DNA of 64,000 nucleotides from Terriglobales bacterium (GCA_035487295.1 DATHMH010000015.1:97275-161274); one strand, 5' to 3'. Positions 26,818 through 36,981 are shown, counted from the first letter of the stretch. Made by a program: numbers and translations. Notes: a model not told the origin generated them from the sequence alone.

Positions 26818-29118
26818 ATGCATCCGGATGTGGTCTTCGCTATGGCGCCATTTCCATTTTTACAGCGCGGCAATCTGGCCGATCACGCGCGGCAATTAAC
26901 GCTGTCCACTTATCAGCCTGCGCTCACGCTTAAAGGCCTGATGACCGGTGTGGATAACGTCCGCTCCGACGTTTTCTTAAGCACTAAGTTCTCCGAAGCC
27001 GCCCGCATCCACCTTGATCGCCTGGTCATGACCTATGGCAGCGTGGAAGATTTTGCCGAAGAGCCCATCATCGCTCCCCAGCGTCCCGCCTCGGGTTTGC
27101 TGGGGCCAAACAAGCCGCCGCCCTCGCCCTCTGATTCGGGCAAGTTTCGCGCTCTCAAAGGTTACGACCCCGCCGAGTTCCGGCGCATGCTGGTGGATAT
27201 CCACGTTGCCGGTCTGAACCGCGCCAAGGCCGACAACAACATGGATGTGGACCTCCTGGTCCGCATTGCCATCATCAAATTTCTTCGCGGCGAGCTGCCC
27301 GGCCGCTTCAATACTGTTCTCGAGCGCTGCCGCACCCGTCTGAAGGGCTTTGAAGGGCCGCGGACCATCAATCCCGGCAAAGCCATGGAGTTGCGCGAGC
27401 GCTTTGCCCGCTTTCAGGTGAACAAAAAAACCATTCTGCGGCGCGCCGGGCAAGATATCTTCCAGACCCTGCGTGAAATCGAAAAGCAGACCCTGGGCAA
27501 GATGCGGCGTTCGCTGTTCGGGGGCGAAGAAATTCCCCAGTACGATCTTTTCATGAACCGCCTGCTTTTTACCGAAGACGGCCACGACGATTACCTGAAT
27601 GCCGAGCACTACGTAATGCTGGGCAACTATGAGCGCGATCCTGACCGCTTCCAGACCTTGCTCTCCTTTGCCTACGAGTTCCTGAAGACTACGGGGGTAG
27701 CGCCTGAATATGAAGAGGACGCGGTGCTCGATGGTTTCCTGAGCTCTCCGGAAAATGGACAGGAACTGGTCGCCGGCGGCTCCCCTGAGGAGACCACGCC
27801 TCGCGGACGGGCGCAGCGCGCCATCTTGAACGCCTGGGTGGAGCTGCTGGAGCGCCACAACGTGATGGAACACGTGATCGCTTCCTATGAAGTTGTTTCG
27901 CTGCTGGGTGAGTACTCGCCTCCCATCAATGCACAGCAGCTCAAGAATGCGCTCATCTCGCGGGCCGAGCGCAAACGCGTGGAATCGCTGTTGAACGAGC
28001 ATGGCCGCGTCTCGCCCGACAACCTCAACGTGGCCGTAAAACGCATCTCGGGCTACAAAGGCAATGAGCGCGCCAAACTCGCCGGCCGTTTTCTGGGCGA
28101 CTTTATCCGCTATCACCGCGATCTGCGGCGGCTGGAAGCGGTGAACTCGGCCATGGATGGCATCAACGTCATCAGCAATGAGAAGCTGCGCCAGCTTTCG
28201 GCCATTAACAATACTTTGTACGACGTGCTTCTTCCCGAGGAGCAGAAGCCGCTGGAAGAAAAAGTTGTGCACCACGTCATCATCAAGGCCGATATTCGCG
28301 ACTCGACCACGCTGACCCGCACCTTGTTCGAGCGCGGCCTGAATCCGGCTTCGTATTTCAGCCTGAATTTCTACGAGCCGGTTAACAAGCTCCTGCCCAA
28401 GTATGCCGCGTCCAAGGTTTTTATCGAAGGCGACGCCATCATTCTTTCTATCTTTGAGCGCGAGGGCGAGCCCGGCTTCGGCGTGGGGCGGGCCTGCGTG
28501 ATGGCGCGCGAGATCATCGATGTTGTGCGCGCCTACAATGAACAGTCGCAGAAGGCGGGGCTTCCTATTTTGGAACTTGGCATTGGCATCTCCTACCAGG
28601 ATTCAGCCCCCATGTACCTGATGGATGGCAGCTCGCAAATCATGATCTCCAAGGCGCTCAACGAAAGCGACCGCCTCTCTTCCTGCAGCAAAGGGGCGCG
28701 CAGCCGGCTCGATGGAGCCAGCAGCCTGTTCAACGTCTATTCTTTCCAGACCATGGAAGATTCCTCCGGTGGCTTCGCCAACGAAGAATTTGTGGTCTCC
28801 TACAATATCGGCGGTATCAACATCAACCAGGGCGCCTTCGAGAAGCTGCGCCAGGAAATTTCGCTGCAATTGATGGAGCGCAGAATCCACACCGTATGGG
28901 ACGTGGAAAATGTCCGCCTCTATTCCGGTGTGGTTCCGCTGGGCCAGGGCGCCTTCCGTCGCATCATCGTGCGCGAAGGCAAGGTCGCCCGCATTGATCC
29001 CCGCGACTTTTCTTTTAAAGGCTGGACCGATCATCACTACTACGAAGCCTGTTCCAGCCAGGCTATTTATGACCTCATCGAGGCCACCTCCGTCTCCCAA
29101 AGCGCCACGGCGGATTAG
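26818..29118 (+). CDS. Large cytoplasmic protein: ~490 aa helical N-terminal region of unknown function plus a divergent class III nucleotidyl-cyclase (CHD) domain plus a ~130 aa C-terminal tail
   Basis: Track ORF 26809..29118 starts with TTG, and the first ATG is at 26818. The cyclase-like core is VIIKADIRDSTTLT (compare FxDIxGFT), LNFYEPVNKLLPKYAASKVFIEGDAIILSIFE (compare LNxYF…K.iGDaim), ILELGIGISYQ, and ISKALNESDRLSS (compare VNxAxRLes). Confidence 0.6.
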   Translation: MHPDVVFAMAPFPFLQRGNLADHARQLTLSTYQPALTLKGLMTGVDNVRSDVFLSTKFSEAARIHLDRLVMTYGSVEDFAEEPIIAPQRPASGLLGPNKPPPSPSDSGKFRALKGYDPAEFRRMLVDIHVAGLNRAKADNNMDVDLLVRIAIIKFLRGELPGRFNTVLERCRTRLKGFEGPRTINPGKAMELRERFARFQVNKKTILRRAGQDIFQTLREIEKQTLGKMRRSLFGGEEIPQYDLFMNRLLFTEDGHDDYLNAEHYVMLGNYERDPDRFQTLLSFAYEFLKTTGVAPEYEEDAVLDGFLSSPENGQELVAGGSPEETTPRGRAQRAILNAWVELLERHNVMEHVIASYEVVSLLGEYSPPINAQQLKNALISRAERKRVESLLNEHGRVSPDNLNVAVKRISGYKGNERAKLAGRFLGDFIRYHRDLRRLEAVNSAMDGINVISNEKLRQLSAINNTLYDVLLPEEQKPLEEKVVHHVIIKADIRDSTTLTRTLFERGLNPASYFSLNFYEPVNKLLPKYAASKVFIEGDAIILSIFEREGEPGFGVGRACVMAREIIDVVRAYNEQSQKAGLPILELGIGISYQDSAPMYLMDGSSQIMISKALNESDRLSSCSKGARSRLDGASSLFNVYSFQTMEDSSGGFANEEFVVSYNIGGININQGAFEKLRQEISLQLMERRIHTVWDVENVRLYSGVVPLGQGAFRRIIVREGKVARIDPRDFSFKGWTDHHYYEACSSQAIYDLIEATSVSQSATAD

Positions 29119-29154
29119 GTCTGCTTACTCAAACGAAAATTATCCGATGTTGAC

Positions 29155-30885
29155 TCAGAACGGCAGTTTTCGCAGCTTGAAGGGGATATGGATCACGGCT
29201 TCCAGATCCACATTGGCGCCATTTTTTTGCGCCGGGCGGAAGCGCCAGCGGGTAAGGGCGATGCGGGCATTTTCGTCGAGGCGCGAATCCACCCCGCGAA
29301 GCACTCTCACATCGCCAACGGTACCATCGCTATGGATCACCGCGTATAAGGTCACAGTTCCTTCCACCCGGTCGCGCACCAGGTCTGGCGGATATGCCGG
29401 GTCAACTTTTTCCAGCGCAACCGGCGCTGTGAGTTCGCCTTTTTCGGGTCTCTCCTTCAGTTCGGCAAAGCGGATAATCCAGCTTCCGCCGGCCGAAGTC
29501 AGGTTCGGCATGTTCAGGGTCAGGGAATAATATCTCTTGCCGTTGAAGACCGTATCTTCAATCGCATTTTCCGGATATTGCCTTGGCTGGTAGGCCGCGG
29601 GAGGAGCGACAACCGTAGCCACTTCCTGGGGCTGAGAATTATTTGGCGCGGCTTCTTTCGGCGGCCCTTCTCCTGCCACCGCCGCTCCCGGATTCACAGG
29701 GCCGGGACCGACATAAATTCCCGGAGCTCCTGTCCCTGGCTCGCTTCCCAGCCCACCTGTATTTCCCGAACCTGAACCTCCGTTACCGGCACCTCCGGCT
29801 TTGATGTCGGGAGTTCCCAGCGCATCTGGCTTGCCCTCCGGAGTTGCCGCAAATTCGCCATGCCGGTTGCCGCCCGGCAGGGTGATTGGGCCATGTACAT
29901 CCGCCGGATGCAGCCCCAAGGCAATCAATTTCCCCGCGGCTTCGCTGCCGGAACCCCCGGAAATAACCGGTGGGGGCGGTGGTGGATTGGTATCCGGCCC
30001 CGGCTTGATTGCCGAAGGCGACTGTGTATTGACGGAAGCAACCTGCTCTGGAACCGGCAGCTTGGGTTCCTCAACCTGCACATCGACCTTAGCCATGTTC
30101 ATGTCCGCAAGCTTGCGCGGCACAGCGTCCGGAGTCGGAGGCGGTTCAACCACGGAAGGCTGTGGCATGTCTGGCATCTTAAGTTTGGCGATCTCCCGCG
30201 CGTGGACCTCTTCCGCCGGTTGAACCACCTGGACGGGCAGCGTGGGCAAAATGAGCTTTGCCGTGCTTCGCGTGACGGCTGGAGTCGCCGGCACTGCAGT
30301 GGGGGTCCATACGACAATGTTGGGCAACTGAACATGCTCGGGATCGATCTTGACCACAACCGGATCGACAATGCTCTGCTCATGGTTGTCGGCATTTTGC
30401 GGGACTGAAATGATTGGTTGCTTGGCGAAGGCCGGCTCGCCCTTGCGTGCCACCTTCGCCGGGGCGCTCGCTGTCTGCACCGGCGGCAAGTATTCAGAGA
30501 TCTCGTAATAGGTCAGCGTCTTGTGTTCTGTGGGTGCGTGGATTGGGATGGGCCGGGAGAGCAACACCAGCGTGGGAAACAGATAAACGAGAGCCACGAT
30601 TCCCAGGTGATAGATAAAAGAAGCCACAAATGGACGCTTGGAAAGCTCGCGATTCACAAAAACGTCATGCCAGAACAGCGCCGGACGCGAGGTCAAGACC
30701 AGCGGGGGCGGCGCCGGCCGGAACTGGTCTGTCAGATTGCGCAGGAAGGCCTTAGGCCACGCCTCCCATTGGATCAGCAGCGGCGGCGGAGTAATTACCA
30801 ATGGGGGGTTGGCTGGCAAAGGAGCGGGCTTGGCATTATCCACCATGCAGTCCGTGCGCTCAAAACAGGGAACAGGTTGCCTCAT
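29155..30885 (-). CDS. TonB-family energy transducer with very long Pro-rich spacer
   Basis: 576 aa, with an alternative ATG at ~30846. It has an N-terminal TM segment (FIYHLGIVALVYLFPTLVLL), Pro-rich repeats, and a C-terminal TonB domain (PAYPPDLVRDRVEGTVTLYAVIHSDGTVGDVRVLRGVDSRLDENARIALTRWRFRPA). Confidence 0.8.
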   Translation of the reverse strand: MRQPVPCFERTDCMVDNAKPAPLPANPPLVITPPPLLIQWEAWPKAFLRNLTDQFRPAPPPLVLTSRPALFWHDVFVNRELSKRPFVASFIYHLGIVALVYLFPTLVLLSRPIPIHAPTEHKTLTYYEISEYLPPVQTASAPAKVARKGEPAFAKQPIISVPQNADNHEQSIVDPVVVKIDPEHVQLPNIVVWTPTAVPATPAVTRSTAKLILPTLPVQVVQPAEEVHAREIAKLKMPDMPQPSVVEPPPTPDAVPRKLADMNMAKVDVQVEEPKLPVPEQVASVNTQSPSAIKPGPDTNPPPPPPVISGGSGSEAAGKLIALGLHPADVHGPITLPGGNRHGEFAATPEGKPDALGTPDIKAGGAGNGGSGSGNTGGLGSEPGTGAPGIYVGPGPVNPGAAVAGEGPPKEAAPNNSQPQEVATVVAPPAAYQPRQYPENAIEDTVFNGKRYYSLTLNMPNLTSAGGSWIIRFAELKERPEKGELTAPVALEKVDPAYPPDLVRDRVEGTVTLYAVIHSDGTVGDVRVLRGVDSRLDENARIALTRWRFRPAQKNGANVDLEAVIHIPFKLRKLPF

Positions 30886-31041
30886 TATAACTTGGTAAAT
30901 AGACAGCCGGTCAGCCGCAGTGTAAATTATTTGAGACCCGCAGCCATTTATATAAGAGTTATATATGGGGTTCTATTCTTCCCCTAATTGTGGTTAAGTA
31001 TGGGAACAAAGACCAAAGCTTATCGGATCAAAAGGAGAGCA

Positions 31042-31536
31042 ATGAAGGCCAAACATCGCACAAAAACGAAAGGCATGCTCGCTCTTGCCTCGGTTCTTTG
31101 TCTTTTCCCGGTGGCGGTATGGGCCCAGGCCACGGGACGCGGGGTGCTTAGCGGCGATGACATCTCCGGAATATATTCTTTCCTGCGCGAGGGTGAATCC
31201 GTCCAACTCAATGTTGATCACGGCAAGTTGAGCGGATGGGTCAGCAGCTTTGGTTTTCTGGACAGCGATAAAGATACGCTTCTGGACCGCTTCTTCGATA
31301 AGGCGACGCTGCAAAACGACCATATCTACTTTCTCTCCCGGCGCATCCACGGTTGCTGGGTGGAATTTACCGGACGCGTCAGCCACGGCGAGGGCCGCGC
31401 GCGTGGAAAAGAGGGCTTTTATGTGTTGACCGGGACCCTGACGCAATACACCACTGACGCGGAAACAAAAGTATCGGCGCGCCAGCGTGAAGTAATATTC
31501 AAATCTGCCTCTGATCCCACCGTCGCCGAGAAATAA
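31042..31536 (+). CDS. Hypothetical secreted protein
   Basis: Track ORF 30988..31536. The ATG at ~31042 gives MKAKHRTKTKGMLALASVLCLFPVAVWAQ. I recognise no family. Confidence 0.45.
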   Translation: MKAKHRTKTKGMLALASVLCLFPVAVWAQATGRGVLSGDDISGIYSFLREGESVQLNVDHGKLSGWVSSFGFLDSDKDTLLDRFFDKATLQNDHIYFLSRRIHGCWVEFTGRVSHGEGRARGKEGFYVLTGTLTQYTTDAETKVSARQREVIFKSASDPTVAEK

Positions 31537-31541
31537 ATAAA

Positions 31542-31569
31542 GTGCTCAGTACCGAATACCGAGTACTGT
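31542..31569. repeat. Degenerate heptanucleotide tandem array gtgctca|gtaccga|ataccga|gtactgt
   Basis: Read directly. It fills the 35-nt convergent gap between 31536 and 31572. Confidence 0.6.
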
Positions 31570-31571
31570 TC

Positions 31572-32210
31572 TTATTCGCTGTATTCCAGGTTGCCGCCAA
31601 AACGGCTGTGCTGGGTGTGCCCGCTGATTCGTGGATCGACACCAAACCGCCCGCTTAGGCGTTCGCCCGCGCTCCCAATCTGCGCCGGATGTTCCAGGGC
31701 CGCTTTAAAATCGCGCAATACGCGTTTCACGCTGCCTTCCAATTGCTCACGCAACGGCTCGGCGGCGCGCGCGAAGATGCTGAAGCGCGGCGCGTAATTC
31801 ATGGTTACATGCACGAGTGTGTCATTGTCCAAAGCTGAAAAATTGATGCGCCCGCTGTGCTTGGGGCCGCTCACAGATTTCCAGCCAAGGGCCTGGTTGG
31901 GAATGTTCTGCACCAGCTCTGCGTCCCATTCAAACCGCTTGCCATACAAGGACATCACCCAGTGGGAGCGCCGGTCAAAATTCTCCACTTGCCGCACCAG
32001 AGGAGTGATGTTAGGCAGATTGCTGAGATCAGACCAAGCCGTAAACACTTCATGCACCGGACGGCCAATCTGCAGGCTCTCTTCAATTCTGATAATTCGG
32101 CTATTGCGGGCCGAAGCCAGTGCCTGCCAGGAAGCCAGTAATCCAATGCCGGTTGCAACTCCACTGAGTGCGCCTATGCTAAAACCCTTCCAAAAGCTGT
32201 TTCTGTTCAA
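31572..32210 (-). CDS. Membrane-anchored SRPBCC (polyketide cyclase/dehydrase-like) protein
   Basis: 212 aa. It has an N-terminal TM segment (FSIGALSGVATGIGLLASW). The SRPBCC pattern follows: IGRPVHEVFTAWSDLSNLPNITPLVRQVE…WDAELVQNIPNQALGWKSVSGPKHSGRINF. Confidence 0.65.
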   Translation of the reverse strand: MNRNSFWKGFSIGALSGVATGIGLLASWQALASARNSRIIRIEESLQIGRPVHEVFTAWSDLSNLPNITPLVRQVENFDRRSHWVMSLYGKRFEWDAELVQNIPNQALGWKSVSGPKHSGRINFSALDNDTLVHVTMNYAPRFSIFARAAEPLREQLEGSVKRVLRDFKAALEHPAQIGSAGERLSGRFGVDPRISGHTQHSRFGGNLEYSE

Positions 32211-32522
32211 GGGGCCACCTCCTGGCTGGGGCTGCCGCGGCTGCGGTGCGCTGGATGGGGAAACAGATCAGGAAACCATGATGCCTGCGGACACACACTG
32301 CGGGACAACCTCTTTACTTGGAACTGATTGCAAGTCTAGGGGTTGCATCTTACCTTGCTGGGAGAAGAGACAACGCAGCTTAAAATAGTGCCCAGCGTCT
32401 CGCGGCTATCGTGCCGAGGGCATTCCTGCCCGCACGTACCGGAGATTTGCCAGAAAATTATTATTTAGGATGGTTTGCATTAAACGTACCACTGGGCGAG
32501 TGACGCCAATTTAGATAAAGAA

Positions 32523-32550
32523 GCTAACGGCTAAGAGCTAAAAGCTGTTT
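32523..32550. repeat. Degenerate heptanucleotide tandem array gctaacg|gctaaga|gctaaaa|gctgttt
   Basis: Read directly. It lies immediately beside the orphan terminator. Confidence 0.7.
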
Positions 32551-32558
32551 CCCAATAA

Positions 32559-32590
32559 AAAAGGCGGTCTACTGAAGACCGCCTCCGTAG
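32559..32590 (-). terminator. Rho-independent terminator reading on the - strand, with no CDS within ~800 nt upstream
   Basis: The - strand reads ggaggcggtct-tcagt-agaccgcc followed by tttttt att. This is a GC stem plus a U-run. Confidence 0.7.
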
Positions 32591-32800
32591 CATCAGGATA
32601 ACAGGCTACTTAAGAACTCAATCTTGCCGGCGCTTTTACCAGTCCGTGCGACACGCTTGTCGTTAAGAGAGCAGCCCATAAGGAACTGACGGCTGGACGA
32701 ACCGTGCAAACTAAAAACTTCCCTCCCAAGCCACAAACTAACCCGGGTGCAATGCAATACAGGAATCTGTATCGCATTGCGTTCCCCGAAAATTCTTTTC
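32591..32800 (-). ncRNA. Candidate small non-coding RNA ending at the 32559-32590 terminator (5' end unknown)
   Basis: No ORF of 60 aa or more lies on either strand. Several local hairpins are visible on the - strand, for example gcaatgcgatacag-attc-ctgtattgcattgc, cagcc…ggctg, cgaca-agcg-tgtcg and gtagc…gctac. I recognise no known RNA family, so this is a hypothesis only. Confidence 0.25.
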
Positions 32801-33407
32801 TCTCTCGCTCTTTTTTTTATTATCTTTGTTATTTGTTGAGCTAGAGCTGCCTGTACAAGTGCACGATTAGGGCCAAAAGTCTCAAAAAGGGAATTTTCAA
32901 TAACATCAACAAGTTACAGTTAAAGGAAGCCCGCTCAGGGCCAGTCTAACTATGGGAAATGGAAGAAACTAAGAACCCGGAATTTATTTTTTGGGATTTG
33001 TCCAGCTTCAATCTCTCCTGCCTTCGCACATACCCCGTGCAACAACCTGCGAATGAATTTGCGTTCAGTCGTGCTTTCATGATGAGACAATTTTTTTACA
33101 TTCGCGGCGGAACCAAACTCAAACCTGTTACGTCTAACCTAGCGCAACTCATTGTGCCCCTCCAAGCACAGAGAGTGCCCCAGACCCAGGACGGACGCGT
33201 CCTGGGTTTGATTCATCTGCATACTCACTGGGGGCGGGCTTGTTTTCCTAAAAGCGCCAACCTGCGCCAAGATGTGCAATCATTTTCATTCTGGGGTTAC
33301 TCAGCCAGTCTTTTGCAGATCTGCTCCCGCCCGTGCTGATATCCAATTTTCTGAACATCATAGGTTTTAGAAACTTCGGCTTGAGCCCTGGGCAGTTCCT
33401 GCCCAGC

Positions 33408-34001
33408 TTAACGTGAAGAAGGTACAAGGCGCGGCAGAAAGAATCCCGTGTGGCGGCGATGTTCTGCGAAGGCGGCGCCAAATTCCTGCGCCAGCATTTT
33501 TTCTTCCGTGCGGGCTTTCTGGTAAAACGAAATCCATGCCAGCAGGAGCGCGGCCAGGGCGCGCCACTCTCCTGAGGCCAGCGCGGTTCCAGCGATCGCC
33601 AGCAACAGCCCGGTGTAAATCGGATGGCGCACATAGGCATAAGGTCCACGGCGAATCAGCTCATGATCAACCTTGATGGTTACCTTGCTGCTCCAATTCT
33701 GGCCGAGGGCGTACCGCGCCCAACAGGCAAAGGCCATGCCTGCCGCGGTAAGGACCAATCCGATAATCGCCACCGTTTGGCTCTCTGGAACAAACCTGCG
33801 GCCCAATGCTCCCCACCGCGAGTAGCGCGTAAAAAGAAGGATCCAGGCTGCTAATAATGGCGCCTGATACAACATGCGTGAACCCACCGATTCCTGTGAC
33901 TTGACCGCCTTCAGACGCAATGCGGAGAGCAGCCAGATTGCGCAGAAGGTGAGCCAAAGCGCGGTGAATGCATGACCCATCCGGTTGTCCATAATAACCA
34001 T
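33408..34001 (-). CDS. Isoprenylcysteine carboxyl methyltransferase (ICMT/phospholipid methyltransferase) family membrane protein
   Basis: 197 aa and multi-TM. The C-terminal signature is LIRRGPYAYVRHPIYTGLLLAIAGTAL…EEKMLAQEFG.AFAEHRR. Confidence 0.8.
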   Translation of the reverse strand: MVIMDNRMGHAFTALWLTFCAIWLLSALRLKAVKSQESVGSRMLYQAPLLAAWILLFTRYSRWGALGRRFVPESQTVAIIGLVLTAAGMAFACWARYALGQNWSSKVTIKVDHELIRRGPYAYVRHPIYTGLLLAIAGTALASGEWRALAALLLAWISFYQKARTEEKMLAQEFGAAFAEHRRHTGFFLPRLVPSSR

Positions 34002-34125
34002 GATGATAATTGAACCTGGGGAACGGGAGCATTTTTTGCAACAAATCTTGTAGCAAATGCACTAATCAGCTATAACCATAGCAATCAAAATCCCTCAGGG
34101 AGAGCTGACAGCAGTCCCCATCAGC

Positions 34126-36681
34126 ATGCTTAAAGCAGGAACACAATTGGGGCCCTACAATATCCTCGGGCTGCTGGGCAGCGGGGGCATGGGCGAGGTG
34201 TACCGCGCGCGTGACACCCGGCTCAACCGCGATGTTGCCATCAAGGTGATGCCCGCAGCCATGGCGAAAGACGAAGAGCGGCTGCGGCGCTTCGAGCAGG
34301 AAGCCAAAGCCGCTGGGATGCTGAACCATCCCAACATTCTTGCCGTCTTTGATTTTGGCCTCTATGAAGGCGCGCCCTACCTGGTTTCGGAGTTGCTCGA
34401 AGGGCAATCTTTGCGCGACCTGTTGCGGAACGGCCGTCCCCCTTATCGCAAAGCCATCGACTACGCTATCCAGATCGCGAATGGATTAGCGGCCGCGCAC
34501 GAAAAAGGCATCGTGCACCGCGACCTGAAGCCGGAAAATATTTTTATCACCAAAGATGGGCGCGCCAAGATCCTCGATTTTGGCATCGCCAAGCTGACCA
34601 AGCCGGACGTTTCCGACGACGAAACCCGCTTCTACGATTCCAACGTCAATACCGTGGCCGGAGCGGTCATGGGCACGCCCGGATATATGTCTCCTGAACA
34701 GATCAGGGGCAGGAACGCAGATCCGCGCTCCGACATTTTTTCTTTCGGAACAATTTTGTATGAAATGCTCTCTGGCGCCCGCGCTTTCAGCGGAGAGACC
34801 CTTACCGATATCAACGCCTCTATTCTGAGAGACGATCCGGCGGAAATATCGCAAACCGATCCCGCCATCCCTCCCGCTTTGGAACACATCGTGCGCCATT
34901 GCCTCGAAAAGAGCCCGGAAGAGCGCTTCCATTCGGCCCGCGATCTGGCATTTGCGCTACAGGGACTCTCCGTGGCTTCTACCCAAAGCCGCGTTCCGCA
35001 GAACTCGGTGCAACTCACCCGCTGGAAGCTGCCGCTCTATGCAATTCTGCTCGTCGTAGTTGCGGTTATACTGGGTTTTTGGCTGGGCAAGCGTTTGAGC
35101 TATTCGCAGCCTCCATCCTTTCAGCAATTGACCTTTCGCCGTGGCTCCATTCATTTTGCGCGCTTTACCCCCGATGGCAACACGGTCATTTACGGCGCAA
35201 AGTTAAATGGTGAAGACCTGGCTATCTTCACCACCCGGCCGGGCAGCCTGGAGTCGCGTTCTTTGGAGATTCCCAAGGCAGACATTCTTTCCATTTCTTC
35301 CACCGAGAACATGGCCATTCTGCTGCCCGATGAAAACAACACGCTGGCCGAGGTTCCGCTGGCCGGCGGCGCGCCGAGAAAAAGAGACTCCAACATCCTG
35401 TTTGCCGATTGGACGCCCGATGGAACCAACATGGTCGTGGTTCGCGATGCCGGTGTAACTAACCAATTGGAGTTTCCCGTCGGCAAGGTGCTCTATTCCA
35501 CCGCAGGATACATCACCAACCCGCGCTTTTCTCCCGATGGCAAACTGATCGCTTTTATTGATCATCCCACTCATCACGCCGACAGCGGATCGGTCGTGAC
35601 CATCGATTCTTCGGGGAAGAGGACCGTCTTGTCCGGCGAATGGTCCAGCGCCCTGGGCCTTGCCTGGTGGCCCAAAGGGGACGAAATCCTGTTCACCGCG
35701 TCGAAATCGGGCAACGACCGCCAACTGTGGGCCGTTGACCTCTCACAACATCTGCGCCTTCTGCTCAGCACCCCCGACATTCTCACCTTGCAGGATATTT
35801 CCCATGGACGTGTTCTGCTGGCTGAAGACGACGTGCATGCCGAAGTAATAGGAATGCTGGCAGGCAGCGACAAAGAACGTGATTTTTCCTGGCTTGATCT
35901 CTCCACCGCTACGGATCTATCCGACGATGGAACCATGTTGTTGATGGACGAATCCGGCGAAGCCGGAGGCAAGAACGCCGCCACCTATCTGCGCAAGACT
36001 GACGGCTCCATTCCGGTTCAAATTGGGGAAGGCCAGGCGGCAGCCCTCTCTCCTGATGGAAAGTGGTCGCTGTCGTTCGTATCAGGCTCTCCTCCCAAAT
36101 TGCTTTTAGAGGCGACCGGCGTTGGCCAGCCAAAAGAGATCACCAACCAGGAAATAAGCTCTTATCAATTCGCCTCATGGCTTCCCGATGACCAGCATTT
36201 TGTCTTTGCCGGCAATGCCGCCGACCATCCTGCCCGTCTCTACGTGCAGGATGTCGATGGCGGTAAACCGGTTCCCATTACGCCTGAAGGCATCGATGTC
36301 TCTGACATTGGAGGCGGTTTTACCGTCTCTCCCGACGGTAAATCAGTGGCCCTCATGGGCGCCAACGACGATATTTTCATCTATCCTATCGAAGGCGGAA
36401 CGCCCCAAAAACTGAAGGGCAATACGCCCGGCGACGTACCCATCCAGTGGAGCGCCGATGGCCGCGCCCTTTATCTTTACCGCGGCGGAGACCGCCAGTT
36501 CCAGATCTATCGCTGCGACATCGCGACCGGCAAGAGCACTTTGTTCAAGGAGCTGAAGCCCTCAGACCTGGCGGGAATCGATGATATGAATTCAGTCCTG
36601 GTGACGCCCGACGGCAAATGGTACGCCTATAGTTATCAGCGCACCCTCTCACACCTGTTCATCGTCGACGGCGTAAAGTAA
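34126..36681 (+). CDS. Ser/Thr protein kinase with one TM segment and a C-terminal TolB-like (WD40-like) beta-propeller
   Basis: 851 aa. The Hanks kinase motifs are [11 protein letters not shown]…VAIKV…HRDLKPENI…DFGIAK…[10 protein letters not shown]. The TM segment is [19 protein letters not shown]. It also has repeated FSPDG/LSPDG/VSPDG/VTPDG propeller blades. Confidence 0.9.
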   Translation: MLKAGTQLGPYNILGLLGSGGMGEVYRARDTRLNRDVAIKVMPAAMAKDEERLRRFEQEAKAAGMLNHPNILAVFDFGLYEGAPYLVSELLEGQSLRDLLRNGRPPYRKAIDYAIQIANGLAAAHEKGIVHRDLKPENIFITKDGRAKILDFGIAKLTKPDVSDDETRFYDSNVNTVAGAVMGTPGYMSPEQIRGRNADPRSDIFSFGTILYEMLSGARAFSGETLTDINASILRDDPAEISQTDPAIPPALEHIVRHCLEKSPEERFHSARDLAFALQGLSVASTQSRVPQNSVQLTRWKLPLYAILLVVVAVILGFWLGKRLSYSQPPSFQQLTFRRGSIHFARFTPDGNTVIYGAKLNGEDLAIFTTRPGSLESRSLEIPKADILSISSTENMAILLPDENNTLAEVPLAGGAPRKRDSNILFADWTPDGTNMVVVRDAGVTNQLEFPVGKVLYSTAGYITNPRFSPDGKLIAFIDHPTHHADSGSVVTIDSSGKRTVLSGEWSSALGLAWWPKGDEILFTASKSGNDRQLWAVDLSQHLRLLLSTPDILTLQDISHGRVLLAEDDVHAEVIGMLAGSDKERDFSWLDLSTATDLSDDGTMLLMDESGEAGGKNAATYLRKTDGSIPVQIGEGQAAALSPDGKWSLSFVSGSPPKLLLEATGVGQPKEITNQEISSYQFASWLPDDQHFVFAGNAADHPARLYVQDVDGGKPVPITPEGIDVSDIGGGFTVSPDGKSVALMGANDDIFIYPIEGGTPQKLKGNTPGDVPIQWSADGRALYLYRGGDRQFQIYRCDIATGKSTLFKELKPSDLAGIDDMNSVLVTPDGKWYAYSYQRTLSHLFIVDGVK

Positions 36682-36926
36682 GATTGAGTCTTGCGAAAAC
36701 CCAAGAGTATGTAGGCAACTATACGGTTTTGATTGCTACATGCTTACAATCTCTACCATTTCAATTTGCATCTTGTGATTCTGAGCGCCTTTTTTTTGGC
36801 GCGAAGAATCCCGAGAGTATCTACCACGCCCATACCGTTTGTGAGGTTTTCTCACGGTGACCCGTACTTAGTTCTGTCGGATGGCCTCCTGCCTTTCGTG
36901 CGATCCTTCGGCGTGACCAAATAAAA

Positions 36927-36957
36927 ACCAAAGGCCCGCACTGAGGCGGGCCTTGGT
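36927..36957 (-). terminator. Rho-independent terminator of the TIGR03118-like gene (possibly bidirectional)
   Basis: aaccaaaggcccgc-actgag-gcgggccttggtt is a ~13 bp stem. On the - strand it is followed by tttttattt. Confidence 0.75.
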
Positions 36958-36981
36958 TGCCTTTCCTCAAACTACTGACAA

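Noticed and set aside
26977-28275. 432 aa ORF on the - strand. Similar long antisense ORFs are 7038..8000, 24865..25830, 52205..52978, 53270..53974, 57393..58478 and 62178..62789.
   Set aside because: All lie opposite confidently identified genes (cyclase-like protein, RNB, M28, 2H phosphoesterase, ugd, leuC, C26 amidotransferase). They have the Arg/Gly/Ala/Leu/Gln-rich, motif-free look of antisense frames in G+C-rich DNA.
32591-32800. Identity of the candidate small RNA as SRP RNA, 6S RNA, tmRNA or RNase P RNA.
   Set aside because: - I could not find the SRP domain IV motif (GGAAGCAGCC context).
- I could not find the tmRNA 5' GGGG…/3' …CCACCA ends with a tag ORF.
- I could not find the RNase P GAGGAAAGUCC motif.
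- There is no end-to-end 6S-type helix.

It is kept only as an unclassified candidate.
32959-33339. 126 aa + strand ORF in the non-coding gap.
   Set aside because: It has no RBS, an odd composition (Phe/Gln/Cys-rich), and no family resemblance. It is crossed by hairpin repeats and is likely non-coding.
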